From Adineta vaga (Eukaryota; Animalia; Rotifera), in contig CP075493.1 of NCBI GenBank assembly GCA_021613535.1, positions 372,001-436,000 on the forward strand: a DNA stretch of 64,000 nt, read 5' to 3'. Below the pieces are notes generated by a model that saw nothing but the letters and a program-made list of their open reading frames with translations, did not search any database and was not told the origin of the DNA. Both the position numbers and the translations under genes were made by a program. This document shows, piece after piece, positions 40,290 through 53,600 of this stretch. How positions within the stretch are numbered: position 1 is the stretch's first letter; each line of letters starts with the position of its first letter.

Positions 40290-41382
40290 GGTGTGGCAAA
40301 TATCAAATGAATACAAATTTTCGAAATAGCATGTCAAAATTTTTGAAAATTTAATTTTTTGAAAATTTTAAATTTTGAAAATTTTCAAATTACATGACTT
40401 CAAACAGATGAATTAGAAATCAGAAATTTACTCTTCTATGCGAAATTTTGACAAAAAGTTCTAGTATTTTGAAAATTTTCATCGTTTATTAAATAACGCT
40501 AATAAGTTATAGGGAACCAGAAATCAGAAATCTACGTCTCAATGTAAAATTTTAAAATTTATTCAATTCTGTTATTCAAAGTTTTTATAATTTATGCAAT
40601 AACTTCAATGGTTAGCAGAGAGGCAGAAATCAGAAATGTAGTTTTATATGAAAAATTTGAAGAATTCTTCCGTACTCTACACAGAACGTTTTATCATTCA
40701 TAAAATGACTTAAATGAATAGCAGAAAGTGAAATTTGTGAAGAAAAAGGACTAGCGTGCCAACTGAATGATGCTAACTTATAGGAAAACGACATTATCTT
40801 TTCAGTTAACATCATTTTCTTTGCCAACAAATCCTTCTCTTTTCTGGCTTATATATTTTTGCTGTCCATTGAAACCATTGTACGAATGATAAGATTCCTC
40901 GTGACAAAAGAGGAATTTGAAATTTTCAAAAATGAAAAGTAGATTTCTGATTTCTTCTTTTCTATCTGATCTAGCACATCATATAGTATAGATAAGGCAA
41001 ATATCTTTATATATGATAGAATGGATTTTAAAATTTGAAAAGTAGATTTCTGATTTCTTCTTCTCAGTGTAATCTAGCAGGTCATAGTATTGATAAGGCA
41101 AATATCTCTAAATATGATACAAGAGATTTTAAAATTTGAAAAGTAGATTTCTGATTTCTCCTTATCTATGTAATCTAACAGGTCATATAGTCTAGACAAT
41201 GTAAATATCTTTAAAGATGCAAGAAGAGATGTGAAAATTTTCAAAGTTGAAAAGCAGATTTCTGATTTCCTGCAGTTTTCATTCTAGTGTTTTAGAGTGT
41301 TTGACTAAATTTCTGATGAAAAAGCAGAAATCTTATCAGAAATTTTTTCAAAACTGGTTACAATTTGAGATTTGCCATGCCC
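40290..41382. mobile_element. Non-autonomous element with TIRs and internal tandem repeats
   Basis: tggcaaatatcaaat (40293) and atttgagatttgcca (41363). Four ~105-bp-period units starting gaaaagtagatttctgatttc lie at ~40935-41270, and inverted agaaatcagaaat motifs at 40416-40637. Confidence 0.65.
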
Positions 41383-43914
41383 TCTTGATTGGAGATATTT
41401 CTAATGATTAAGCTTCACTGAGAGCTCAAGTTGTATCGTCATTAATAAATTCCGGCATGACAAAAAGATCGGATCATGTGTTCTGCATAATGAATATTAT
41501 CGATGGGATGAAAAAGTCTTAGATGCGAGATATCATTAGAGATAGTTCGAATTCTGCATAAACTATCTATTAGATCTAACTATTTTAATCTGAAATATGT
41601 AAAATAAGAGGTGACAGTATTTAAGCTAAAAGAATCTGTACATTAAATACCGAGACTTGAAAAACAAAATTATTAAACGTTATCTTGTTTGATCATATCA
41701 AAGTGGTGAGGGCTAGCCTTTACTTGTCTTCTAAGAATATCTTTCTACATATTAAAAGTCTTGAACTGCGACGTGAAAAAACTAACAGAAATTTGTAGTG
41801 CCACATCTGCTTGTGCAAGATGCATTTTACCGCGACATAACTCAAATAGCCTCAGGGTTTATTCAATCGAGACAGTTATTGTGATACTCGAGTTCTAAAA
41901 CCGAAGTTTAGTCATTAAAAATACTTTCAATATATAAATTGTTATTGAATTGCATCATTGTGACGGATTACAGAAAATATTTCAAAACTATTTAGGTACT
42001 ATGAGTAGATCAAAGTGTACGAAGCTATTTTGCAGACTAATATGACAAAATTATATTTTTGTTTTAAAATTTTGAGAAAAAATCTCATATCATTTTCAGA
42101 AATAGATGTCACCTTGGCTCATACTAATTATATTTTGCGATAGTTATCGAATCAAATGGAATTCAAGGTTTTCTTTTCTCCAAACGAATATCAATCGCTC
42201 GAATCTCTTAGCCGATAATTCGGATGTGCACCGGTCATAGTCCGCAAAGGGTTCCTAGTCCAATTGACACTACATTAGATTGGTTATATATTTAGTATTG
42301 TTGCAGCAAAGTCTCTTTCAAGAATAGAAAATTTGTACCCAGACAGACTGTAATGACGCGTAACTGAGTTAACCATTATCGGCCTTGTGATTTTTACAAA
42401 TGTGCCAAGAATTGTCTCATCATCAATCTATTATCGAACAGTATATTTGCTGCCCTGCACATTTGAGCAGAAAGAGAACTATAAGTTTCTAGAGAAGCAA
42501 GACATAATTGGACATATCACTTTCTGTAACTTTTCTTACGTAATATACTGCTATGAACAAAATTGTTTAACATTGCTGATTACAAAAAATATTATTTACG
42601 ATTAAACACTATTGTTGGACTCTAAATAAGCAGATATTAAGAAGTGAAATAGACTTAAAATATTCGCATCTTTGTATCAGACATAACGTACATTGAAAAA
42701 CAATGGTACGGTACGAAATCCATAAATGACTTTGAAACTTTTCCCAAGGTTTGCATAAAACCAGTTTCCTATAAAACTTTTTTCTGCAGTTTTAAAATAA
42801 GATTTAGTAATTCAAGTTACGTTTGATGATCAGTAATAAATATAAAACTCATACATACTCAAGTAATATCTGCTACTGTCCACCTATATAATTCTATAAC
42901 CCCATACATATCAATGACTGAATTGCAATCTTCTGATATGATTGAGATTTTAGCTGCATTAGGTTAATAACTTCTGTTCTGATTAACGAACTTGAACAAT
43001 TTTTTTATGGGTTACTCCTCTTTAAGTGTCCCACTCTCACATTAAATCTCAGCTCACTAGCTCGTACCGTCGGAAAGTTATAAGTCTCACACTTAAACAA
43101 TCGTACTTTGTATGGACGAATGGTAAGAAAAGGATATTTCCTAAGTATAAAAGAAAAGAGGAAATATATAATAAATAGTCCATTCTGTACAGCCTGAAAC
43201 GCTTTTTCAGATAATATATCCTTTGTACTTCTTTTTCCTTCTTTTCACATCAGTTTGCTTCAAATACCTAATTGCAGACACTTAGTCGTTTTCGTGTAGA
43301 CTCACCTTATTTTTTAATTTTCTTCCTCTGACTATGATTTGAAGAAGCGGGAAGGTATTTAAATGAGAGGTCCTCAAGACGAAAACAAATTGATAAAAAA
43401 ATCTTCTTATGAATCGCTTTCCTCATTGTTGAAAAAAACGATCTTTTTCCGAAAATTCAAGTTTTACTCACTTTCTACACTCACTTTTTGCAACTTTCGT
43501 CGCTGATAACTTTTAAACAACTCATCTGTTTTCCCTGAAATTTTCACCATAAATATAGTTCTCAGAGTTGTATACTTGGTAATAAAGTCAGCCGCCTATC
43601 TCTGGCAATACGCGAGAGATTTACATTGTACGACGAAATGCACACTCACTTTTTTCTGAAAAGGTGTAGATTCATCTTTTTGAAACTTAATAGGTGAATA
43701 ACTCCTGAACAGCTAACTTATTTACGTTGAAATTTTTACTGTAAATATACTTCACAAAGTTCTATAAGCATTGAAAAATCCAGTTCTCTGTTGATTATCG
43801 TTCTTGAGATATTTAAATTACATAATCGACTTCAAAATGACATTTTTATAAAATCAGGTTTATGTTATACATTTATCCTGAAGTAAGTCGTATATCGGCT
43901 AATATGCGGCAAAG

Positions 43915-44165
43915 TGTTCGGAAACTTCTGCTGTGTAATGCTAGCGTAGAGTGTAATAAAATTTGCTGATTAAAAACTGCTTGGGTCCACTTTCAATTTC
44001 TTTGACAAATCGTACCAAAAAGTTACAATCCACTCATATTTGTGACTTAATTGCAACTTCTTGGTACGATTGACGAGAACAAATGAAAATAAAATCGAAC
44101 AGCTTTTGAATAGTGCATTTTACTATACTATATGCTAGTGATACACAGCAGAAGTTTTCCCGCAC
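43915..44165. repeat. Palindromic MITE-like element (relative at ~12725-12870)
   Basis: ggaaacttctgctgtgtaatgctagc pairs with gctagtgatacacagcagaagttttcc. Inner pair: cgtaccaaaaagttacaat / attgcaacttcttggtacg. Confidence 0.6.
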
Positions 44166-45937
44166 TTTTTAGATCATTAAGCGAGATATGCGTTATAGAA
44201 GTGTATAATTTTTTCCTACAGGTATTATTCGCTACTAATTATGATTTCAAATCACATTTTTTATGCATTTTAGTAGAAATAAGTTCTGAAAACGACAATT
44301 ATACTACCTTTTAAAGGTGGATCTTTAAAACCAAAACAAAAGGCTTTTCAGTTCAAGAGTAGTGGTTTCTATCGGGCCAAGATCTCGGATTGCTGGCTCC
44401 AGGTAAGGTTAGATAACTGATGTAGAGTTTGAGTGAAACAATAAACTAGTTCACTTGTCTCTTAAAGGAAAGTAACTGTATCAACGTTAATCATATGAAT
44501 TCTGGACTACTGGTTTCATCTATAGATAGAAACAAACGTTTCTTTCAATCATGTCCATACTCTAATTTATATTGTAAGTTCATTGTGAAGCCTCCAAATC
44601 TCTCTAAATCTATAGATTTAGATAAAGACATGCAATAACGGATGAAATTTTAGGCGAAATGTGGATACATGTTAATTGTGATAATGAGGTGGTTATCTAT
44701 TTTTTCGTTATCAGCCTGATCGAGTCGAGTCTAATCCGTATTGTAGATTTTACTACTCGTTTCTGTTTCGTAAGAAGTCGTCAAAATTTCGTAAGTCATG
44801 TTTCTAACAATAGTTTAAGGCAGAACCATAAATGTTCAACTGCTTCGACATACCATATATTAAGAAAAATCTCGCAAACATGTTTGTTCAAGACTGGTTT
44901 TGAATTATATAACATAACTATTATGATAAACACGAATGTGATGTCAGTGTTTCATTTTAATTCAAAATAGGTGACATCGGATGGAAAAGTCGATTTTTAA
45001 CAAGCTAAACAGTCTTTAGTGTCATCTAATTTGAATAAGACCAAGTTTTTTTCTCTCTATATTTCAATTTACGGAAATGTGCGCTAAGGATATATATGTT
45101 CGATGGAAAAATCAGTTTAAAGTCGCTTGTGTTGACTAAGAAACTATCGAAACATAAGATATTTGGACCAACGCCGTTTTCTTAATTGGAAGGAAATTCG
45201 GTCCATCGCATTTGCACACATAGTACATGCTTTGATCAAATACTACGATGTCGTAGCCGGATATGAGCTCTTCCAGCCGAAAAAACCTTCGAACATATCC
45301 ATTTCGAAAGAGCAGAGCTGATGCTAATCCAATGCTTTAGTTGATATCTTTCATAGAAAAAAAGGAAATAGTTTATTATTTTCGATTTGCTTATGATTAG
45401 ACTTGGAGTTTCAACCGTGGCAAGAAAGTCAAAAATCAAAAATGTTTCTTATGTGACAACATACAATCCTATGATGGACACTCTCTCTCAATAATTTTTC
45501 AAATTATTCGTGAAATTATGTAAGGCTCTGTGAAATGTTAATCTTTTTGAAAGTTTAGGAGAATCAAGATTTTTTCTCCGAACATGGCAATATTCATTCA
45601 CATTCGTGTTAGAGGCGAAAGAAAATGAAGAAAAAGTCGTACATATAGATTTTTTTCGCGTTGCATCTCAAAAAATTGTTTCATTTTTTTCTCTACTAAT
45701 AAGTACGTTGCAGTGTAATATCTGGCGATTTTCATCTTTCCTTTCTGCATATCAATGTAATTTGTTTTTTCTTTTTTTCTCGGTTCGGCGCGTCTTATTT
45801 CATATTTATATTTTGTATTGAAATAGAATTATGACAATTTTTTGAAGCAAATATAACGAAGAAATTGTGTTCAGTTGAAGTCACTTATATACACGATTAT
45901 TCTTTTATTCGACTATTTCTTCATTTTTTTTGCCACT

Positions 45938-47311
45938 ATGGCTACAATCATCAAGGCACTACCACTTACGATCAAATGCTCGAACCCACCAAAAGATGAC
46001 GTCGAGTCCATACGCTGTATGTCTATTGAATCAATCACTAAAGTGGTTCCAATGAGCATGATATGGGTTTATTCGATTAATTCTAAAACGGACAAAGACC
46101 ATTTCATGACATCCGATAAACTACAATCTACGTTATCCGATACACTGAATCATTTTCCGATTTTAGCTGGTCGACTTACTCAAGATGCGAAAGGTAATGT
46201 TCTTGTGCTTCTAACAAACGAGGGTGTTTCATTCACAGAGGCTAAATGTGAAAATCAAACATTGGATTATTTTATCCAGCGAACAGAAGACTGTGGAGAC
46301 TTTAGTTATGCAAGTTTTGATTCATCGGATTTGGCAGCACCGATCAATGGAGATTTGACAGGACCTCAATTGTCCGTACAAGTGACACGTCTTAAGTGTG
46401 GTTCAGTTATGTTATCAATTACGGCTAATCACTGTTTAATGGATGCTTACAGTGTAGCATGTTTTATCAATACTTGGGCATCAGGCGGCAAGACTCCTCC
46501 GTATCCTCCAATGATGGATAAAAATTTCGTTTTGCTTTCGTCGGAACAGCAGTCTAGTCTTACTATCACACGTCCATTTGGTTGTGCTTCAAATCGAAAT
46601 GGTAAAACAACAATAGCTCCATTCCCGTTACCTCATCAAGAACCTCTTATTAGCAACGTTCACTATTTTTCCTTGAGCGAACTGAAAAACATCAAAGAAG
46701 AAGCTATGAAAGATCTGTCGATGGGAGATGATTACATCAGTACCTATGATGCTCTCTTTGCCCATTTAATTTTGGTCGTAATCAGTGCTACACAACCATG
46801 GTTCAGTCAAAAGAATAAATTGCACATCGCACAAGTATTAAATGGTAGATCATATTTCGTACCATCTTATTCACCGACTGTTCTCAATTATTTCGGTTCG
46901 TTTTCATTTTGGATTTACGACCAAATACAAACACAAGAACTACCTACTCTTTCATCTTTAGCTCAACGAATCCATCAGTTATATAAGAACCAGAGTGAAT
47001 ACTCGTTAAAATATTACAACGCGTATTTATCAAGTGATGATGGAAACTTAGATAAGAATCGAATCGATGCGGACCTGATCGATAGTGGTCTTCACTGTAC
47101 ATCATGGCGCAAAATGAATATGTTGGAAGCGAATTTTGACGGTGGTGATAACTACGCAGTTCATTATGGTCCAACGACATCCGGCGGATTGAGAAACTTT
47201 CTTTTGATGGATGCAAATAGGAAAGATGAATCCATTAATGTGCTGTTAGGATTGGAAGAGTCACACTATAAAACAATGCTAAAACAGAAGTTGTTACACA
47301 AATATCGCTAA
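45938..47311 (+). CDS. BAHD/transferase-family (HXXXD, CoA-dependent) acyltransferase, intronless
   Basis: LSDTLNHFPILAGRL, NEGVSFTEA, VQVTRLKCG, HCLMD (HXXXD), YISTYDALFAH, NGRS, YFG, TSWRK and NFDGG (DFGWG-like). Likely ATG at 45938. Confidence 0.9.
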   Translation: MATIIKALPLTIKCSNPPKDDVESIRCMSIESITKVVPMSMIWVYSINSKTDKDHFMTSDKLQSTLSDTLNHFPILAGRLTQDAKGNVLVLLTNEGVSFTEAKCENQTLDYFIQRTEDCGDFSYASFDSSDLAAPINGDLTGPQLSVQVTRLKCGSVMLSITANHCLMDAYSVACFINTWASGGKTPPYPPMMDKNFVLLSSEQQSSLTITRPFGCASNRNGKTTIAPFPLPHQEPLISNVHYFSLSELKNIKEEAMKDLSMGDDYISTYDALFAHLILVVISATQPWFSQKNKLHIAQVLNGRSYFVPSYSPTVLNYFGSFSFWIYDQIQTQELPTLSSLAQRIHQLYKNQSEYSLKYYNAYLSSDDGNLDKNRIDADLIDSGLHCTSWRKMNMLEANFDGGDNYAVHYGPTTSGGLRNFLLMDANRKDESINVLLGLEESHYKTMLKQKLLHKYR

Positions 47312-48522
47312 GACCTACGACTTGACGAAAACAATTATTATATCATTTCAAATTAAGTCAAAATATGGATTTTTATTATACTCTATCGTTTAACAGTGAT
47401 TTTCTTAATATAAACGTCTTTTTACTAACAAATTTTGGACTACTATCTTTTAGTACATATTCTAAATTAAATTGTTCAGATCCATTAACAATCGTATACT
47501 TCACATCAATAATACTAAGATATCAATGATATAGTAAGAATAACAGACACAAACAATTTTTTGTTGTTATTTAAAACTGTTGATCTTTGGCTTCAGTTTC
47601 AGTCATATCATCATTAATATCAATATTATTATTATCACAATTAAATGACAGTCTGCGAAACAGTCACCATATCACAGCGTTTTGAAAAACATTTTTAGAA
47701 AGTACATTTTGTTACATAGAAGAAGAGAGCATTAATTTCGTTCGTTTCAAACAAGCCTTTTTTTCAAAAGATAAACAAACACTTGAATATAATATTTGAA
47801 GTGCCTTGCAAAAATGGTCTTTGTTATGAAAATATTTCAGTTTCCTTATCTGGATCTTCGGCTTAATGTGAGCCAATTGCTATTAAGAAAATTTTGTGTC
47901 AAGCTCTAGTGAAACTCTCTCTCCATTCTGAAGTATTCATACCATTCAACTTGAATATCAATATGGAAGTTGAGGAAGCTAAATAGTTTCTCGACATTCT
48001 TTGTTGAGTGAGATAAGGTATGTCTCTAAGTCAAGAAGTTCGAACCAGATCCAGTGGATAAGCTCTGCAGATCGGTGGAACTTGGAAGCAGAATCCTGAG
48101 CGAGAAATTTTCACTTTTTTGGTGTCTCCCAACTAACGAGAGAACCATCGAATGTGTAACATCCAGTGACGAACCCAGGGGGAGATTGAGGGATTCAGTG
48201 CATCCCCCCCCCCCCCGAAAGACGAAAATACTTGGAAGGGGTACAGGCAGACTTGTCCCTGTCGGCGAAAAAACAATTTTTTTCCATTACGGTCCTTCCC
48301 TCTCCAAAAAAGTTTCTGGTTGCGTTACTGGTAACATCCAGTATCAATTCATTTACATCTCATTCAATCGATTATATTGAGATAGTAAAAGGCTTAAGTG
48401 GATTTCTGCCCATAGCTCTTCCTTCAAAGTTATAGCTGTTTCCCTGAATTTTTGAGCCGTTCGTAGGTATTTACCGAAAAATCAAGTTTCAAAATTTCAA
48501 TCTGAAACTCCACCGATATATA

Positions 48523-49827
48523 CAGGGTGTCCCAAAAGTCCGGCGTGAAACAAAAACAGAATATCTTCTAAAAAGTTCAAGCTATTTAAATATTTTTTTT
48601 TATAGGATGATAGCATATTCTTTGAAGTTTTATTCTATATAATTTGTGTTATAACAAATGTTCAAAATGATCACCATCAGCTGAAATACATAAATCCATC
48701 CTTTTTGAAATATTTGAAAAAACGTTACACAATGTTTCTTTTGAAATCGATTCGATTTCATTGGTTATTTTCATTTTCAATTCGTCCAAATCTCTGATGG
48801 GTGTTTTGTAGATTTTGTTTTTCACATGACCCCATAGAAAAAAACCTAGAGGCGTCAAGTCCGGCGAACGAGGAGCCCACCGAACTGAACCACCCCTTCC
48901 AATCCACCTGTTCGGAAAACGATTATCCAAATATTGCCGTACATCCACGGCAAAATGTGGAGGAGCCCTATCCTGCTGAAATATGATTGAACGGACCTTG
49001 TTTAATCTTCTAATTTCTGGAACGAAGAAGTTTTGAAGCATTGATAAATAATTTTTTCCGTTGACAGTATCATCTTCGGAAAAAAAGGTCCAATCAGCTG
49101 ATTTTTCGACATGGCACACCATACGTTGACTTTCGGAGATTTCATAGCGGTTTCAATAGTTTGGTTCGGATTAGTTTCACACCAGTATCGAATGTTATGT
49201 TTGTTGATCAGTCCTTTTAAATAAAAAGTAGCTTCGTCCGAAAAAAAAAAGTTTTCTTGAATATCATTGTCTTCTAACATTGGTAATAATGTTTTGCATA
49301 TTTCGACTCTATCTTGCAAGTCTTCTTCAAAAAGTTCTTGGACCAATTGCGCCTTATATGGTTTCAATGAACGATATTCAGTCATAATTCTGTGTGCTGT
49401 TGTTCGTGAAATGGAACAAGCTGTTGCAACAGTCCGATCACTCGTTTGCGGTTCGTTTTCAAGAACATCATGAACTTCCTCGACTTTTTCCTCGGTGATT
49501 TTTGAAGGTCTTCCAGACCGTTGTTGATCTTCTACCGTCCCAGTTTCACAAAATCGTTGAAACGTCTTTCTAATACAATCAACCTCTGATGCTTCTTTGC
49601 CAAATTCGACATCCAGTTCTCGTTTTACAACAATGGGTGATTCAAATTTAGCCGTTAGCAAAACAATTTGTATTCTAATATTTATCGCCACAGACATTTA
49701 TTTGAAAACATATAGAATAAAACTTCAAAGAATATGCTATCATCCTATTAAAAAAAATATTTAAATAGCTTGAACTTTTTAGAAGATATTCAGTTTTTGT
49801 TTCACGCCGGACATCTGGGACACCCTG
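48523..49827 (-). mobile_element. Tc1/mariner DD41D (rosa-type) transposon, full-length but defective
   Basis: TA target duplication and ~118-bp TIRs beginning CAGGGTGTCCCA. The transposase (49697 to 48649) has SGRP, FSDEATF, FQQDRAPPH and SPDLTPLGFFLWG. There are 41 residues between the second D and the third position (now G), and a frameshift at the homopolymer near 49085. Confidence 0.92.
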
Positions 49828-50034
49828 TAGATCTAATGACCGTCAGCGTATTCGGAGATTTTCAATCAAAAAGAATGTTCCTTTCTCGACATGTTGAATA
49901 ATCAACTAAACTCGGTTTTTGTGATCGATCAGTAGCAAGCAACTATTTTTTAAAAATTCAGTATGTCGAGAATGGAACAATCTGTTTAGCTAAAACGTTC
50001 AGGATGTGTTAAGGACAGGGAGGGGGCGAGACTC

Positions 50035-50328
50035 CAGTCCCCCACTCTACTCCACTGATACTCCACCATACTCCAGCTTACTTCAGCGGTAATGCGCTAA
50101 TACTCCAATAAAATGTTTTTTTTTCGAGACGATATTGATGGAGAACAGTTGGAGTACCAGTGGAGTAGACCTGGAGTATGAGCGGAGTATGGTCGGTGTA
50201 CCGATGGGATATGAGCTTTAACATTTCACCTCAGCCTATCTATACTTCCGCTGTACTCCACTGATACTCCAATCTACTGAAGTCATACTCTCGCGTACTC
50301 CAAAACTATTTCTGAAATATCGGAGTAT
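50035..50328. repeat. tactcca/tggagta motif-rich repeat element
   Basis: Repeated tactcca (50048-50107, 50255-50301) and inverted tggagta (50150-50190). Confidence 0.5.
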
Positions 50329-50600
50329 TGCTTCCTCCCCCCCCCCCCTTGCAGAGATCTCATTTCGATTCTCACCCTCACCATCACTTTCACCTCTTTA
50401 TTTTTTTCCAGAATTCATTTTCGAGATTTTTGCCTTCGAGATTTTGTTATCATACGGAATTTTCTACTCTTTCTCATTTCGTTTGTCTGATGAAAAATGT
50501 CTGTTTGAGTTTAGTTGATGATTTTTTAAGCTGATAAAAGCAATATAAAAAAGAAAAAGATCTTTCCAAAACAGATGTGCGTAGTTGGTTGCTTGTGTGT

Positions 50601-53600
50601 TCACAGCTTAGAACTAATTGGAATTGTGCTAAATAAAATAGGCATAAAAGAAAGAAAAGACACGTGTATGTGAAGACTTACTGATCATTGAATGAAGCGA
50701 GCTGATAAATAGCTACTACAGCTGCTCCACCTAGTCCAATATTATGTTGGAGAGCGAGACGAGCATTTTTTACTTGTCGTTTACCAGCTTCATTACGAAG
50801 CTGCCAGCACAACTCAGCACATTGAGCCAAACCTTTTGTGTTAACAAATTTTCAATATTTTTCTCCAATACTACGCTTTGTATTTTAACAAACTGACCTG
50901 TGGCACCCAGTGGATGACCTTTGGAGGTGAGTCCACCACTTGGATTAATGACATACTTGCCACCATACGTATTATCTCCTCGTTCGACTAGTTCTCCAGC
51001 TTTTCCTATTCATGTCAATAGCAAAATTTAGTCGACTAGGATTAGATTATCAGAATAAGCAGACCTTCTCCACACAAACCCAATGCTTCATACGTAATCA
51101 GTTCATTTGCCGAGAAACAGTCTAAATTTACTTTTATAAAAATAAAGTAAAACAAGAGAATAAAAATAATACCATGCAACTCAATAACATGAATATCAGA
51201 TGGCGCGACACTTGCTTTTGCAAAAGCTAGTTGAGCAGCACGTTTTGACATATCAAAACCAACCTGTTTGCAGTTTGAGGACCAGTCAAAAATGGCTATA
51301 CCTGTTCTACTTTTTTGTAACTTACCACACGCATACAATCCATTGAATTGAATGTAGATGGTAGATCAGTGGCCATTTCAATGGCCAGAATTTCAACTGC
51401 TTGATTTTTCACTTTCGGATGTTTCTTCAAGAATAATTCACTAACTACAATAACTGCTGCACTTCCATCCGATGTTGGACTTCAAAACCAGACATGTAAG
51501 TTTCTTCGCAGAAAATATTGTCAAAACTCACCAGCATTGCAGTTTAGTCATAGGGTCATAGATAATAGGTGAATTTTTGATTTGTTCGAGTGAGTATTCT
51601 TCTTGAAATTGTGAATTGCTTAAAGACGACAGTATTAATTAGTAATTCAGCATTATTTCATAACTTTTTATTTTGATCTGAATTAAGTAACTTACGGATT
51701 GTTCACAGAGTGCTTGTGATTTTTCCACGCAATTTTAGCCAAAATATCAGCTGACAGATCTTCAGGATAAATCATTAAACATTTTTAATACATTTACTGT
51801 GGATGCAACTATATATGATTCGGTCAAAAGTAGCAATACTGAACTAATATATATGTATAAATATATGTAATTACATATGTTGGTTTCGAATTTTCAAGAC
51901 ACTGTTTATGTTATAGTCAAAACAACAAAAACACTGAAAAATCCGTTAGTGAACACTTTTTTGGTCCTTTCATCAAAGACGATCTCTACATAGTGAACGC
52001 ACATAAAATAAAATCTGTGTATTTCTATTAAATAAAAAGAAAAAGAATACAGTATATATTCTAACACGATGCTAGACTAATCCATCGATGATGTACATAT
52101 CATAGGGACAATCGTTGTATGTATCAAATAAAAGAAGCAATAACGGGGCACAGCGACTATTCTGCAGCGGGTTGATTAGTTGCAAGTGAAAGAATGATGT
52201 ACATCTGAATTCACGATTGTGAAATGACAGAGACATGTTGATTCAAATGAACTCAAGTTCATCTGTGCAATGAAACTGGTTAGATGACTGGTGCCATTAG
52301 CTCCTTTTCATCGATCATGATTACATTTTCTTATCGCACCGTTTACTCAACTCTCCATCTAATCAAAAGATATCGAGAAGATAAATATCTACGCTATCCA
52401 TAAAATACATAAAAAATTGCAATAGTTAGAAGAACTAGTTACCGATTTGTAATAGTTTAAGTAAAATCTTATTTGCAGAACGCGTAGTCATCAATTAATG
52501 ATTCTGATAAGTTGCTAATGACCACTGCAAGTATGTAATAGTTTAGTCAGTACAAATCTCTATATTGTGAACACCTCCCCTTAGGGTGCACTTTTTGGAT
52601 GGGCGCAACGATGTTTACGATAGAGAGATCGCACTGTGAATGAGATTTTTCCAGAATGTCTTAGGGAGTTCAGTTGCAATCAGTATTTAACACGAATCAT
52701 ATGAAGTTCCTGTTCTCTGCCGCAAAAGGAGAAATCTTCTATCAAATAACATATAGACTTCAAACTATCTAAAAATGTTACTGTTTGTATATGGACCGAA
52801 AAATTTTTACAGGAGAAGCAGAGTTAGTTAGAATTTTCAGATTAGTGAAAGTATTACCATATTTTTTCAAATAGGCTCGTCCAGCATTGCCAAAAAGTTG
52901 AACGGCAGCAGATACATCAGCAAACGGATACACTGCAGTAGTTGCCTCAATGTGTCTATTCAGTGGATCTTCTCGATCGTGAAACTAAAACGAATCAAAG
53001 CGAAGTATTTTGTTGAACTTTACTACTGTACTTTGTTCTTTCATATTTCATCATACCACAGCAGATATTGAACCACGTTGCATTTTTTCGAAGCCCAGAG
53101 CAAGAGCACAATCAGCAAGTCCTATTTTCGATGAGAGTAAGATATACTTTGGAGAAGATGGAACAATGATTTACCACTCTCGATATGTTTGGCAGCAAGA
53201 AAGAGAGCTGTGGAACCTACCATGCCAATCAATATTATAAGCAAACTGTGAAAAACTTATTACCTGTTGAACAATTGTTGTTCACATTAATAATGGGAAT
53301 TCCAGTCATTCCCAAAGGATAAAGTGCTCGTTGACCACAGGTACTGTCACCTATAACATCACCAGCGAAAGAAGGTTACATTTCATACACGTTCTAAAAC
53401 TCTTACCAAAAACGTATCCAACAAACGCATATTCAAAGTCTTTGTATAAGACGTCTTTGGCATCGCTAATGGCTTCGTTCACTGCCTCTTGCGCCATATC
53501 TGGATAGTCAAAATCAGGACGACGATCCGGCTTCTCGAACTATTGATAAAGAGCAAAGATTAAATATTTCTCCACTCGAATGAATTATATTCATCAAAGT

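Noticed and set aside
40935-41270. Repeats with variable intervening sequence resembling a CRISPR array
   Set aside because: The intervening segments are homologous to each other, there are no cas genes, the context is eukaryotic and the repeats lie inside a TIR element.
41400-45800. Possible hidden gene between ABCB and BAHD
   Set aside because: Only short stop-ridden frames and MITE fragments were seen, with no supportable motif or exon chain.
45875-45937. Apparent signal peptide on the BAHD ORF
   Set aside because: It depends on a TTG start. In a eukaryote the first ATG (45938) is more plausible, and BAHD enzymes are cytosolic.
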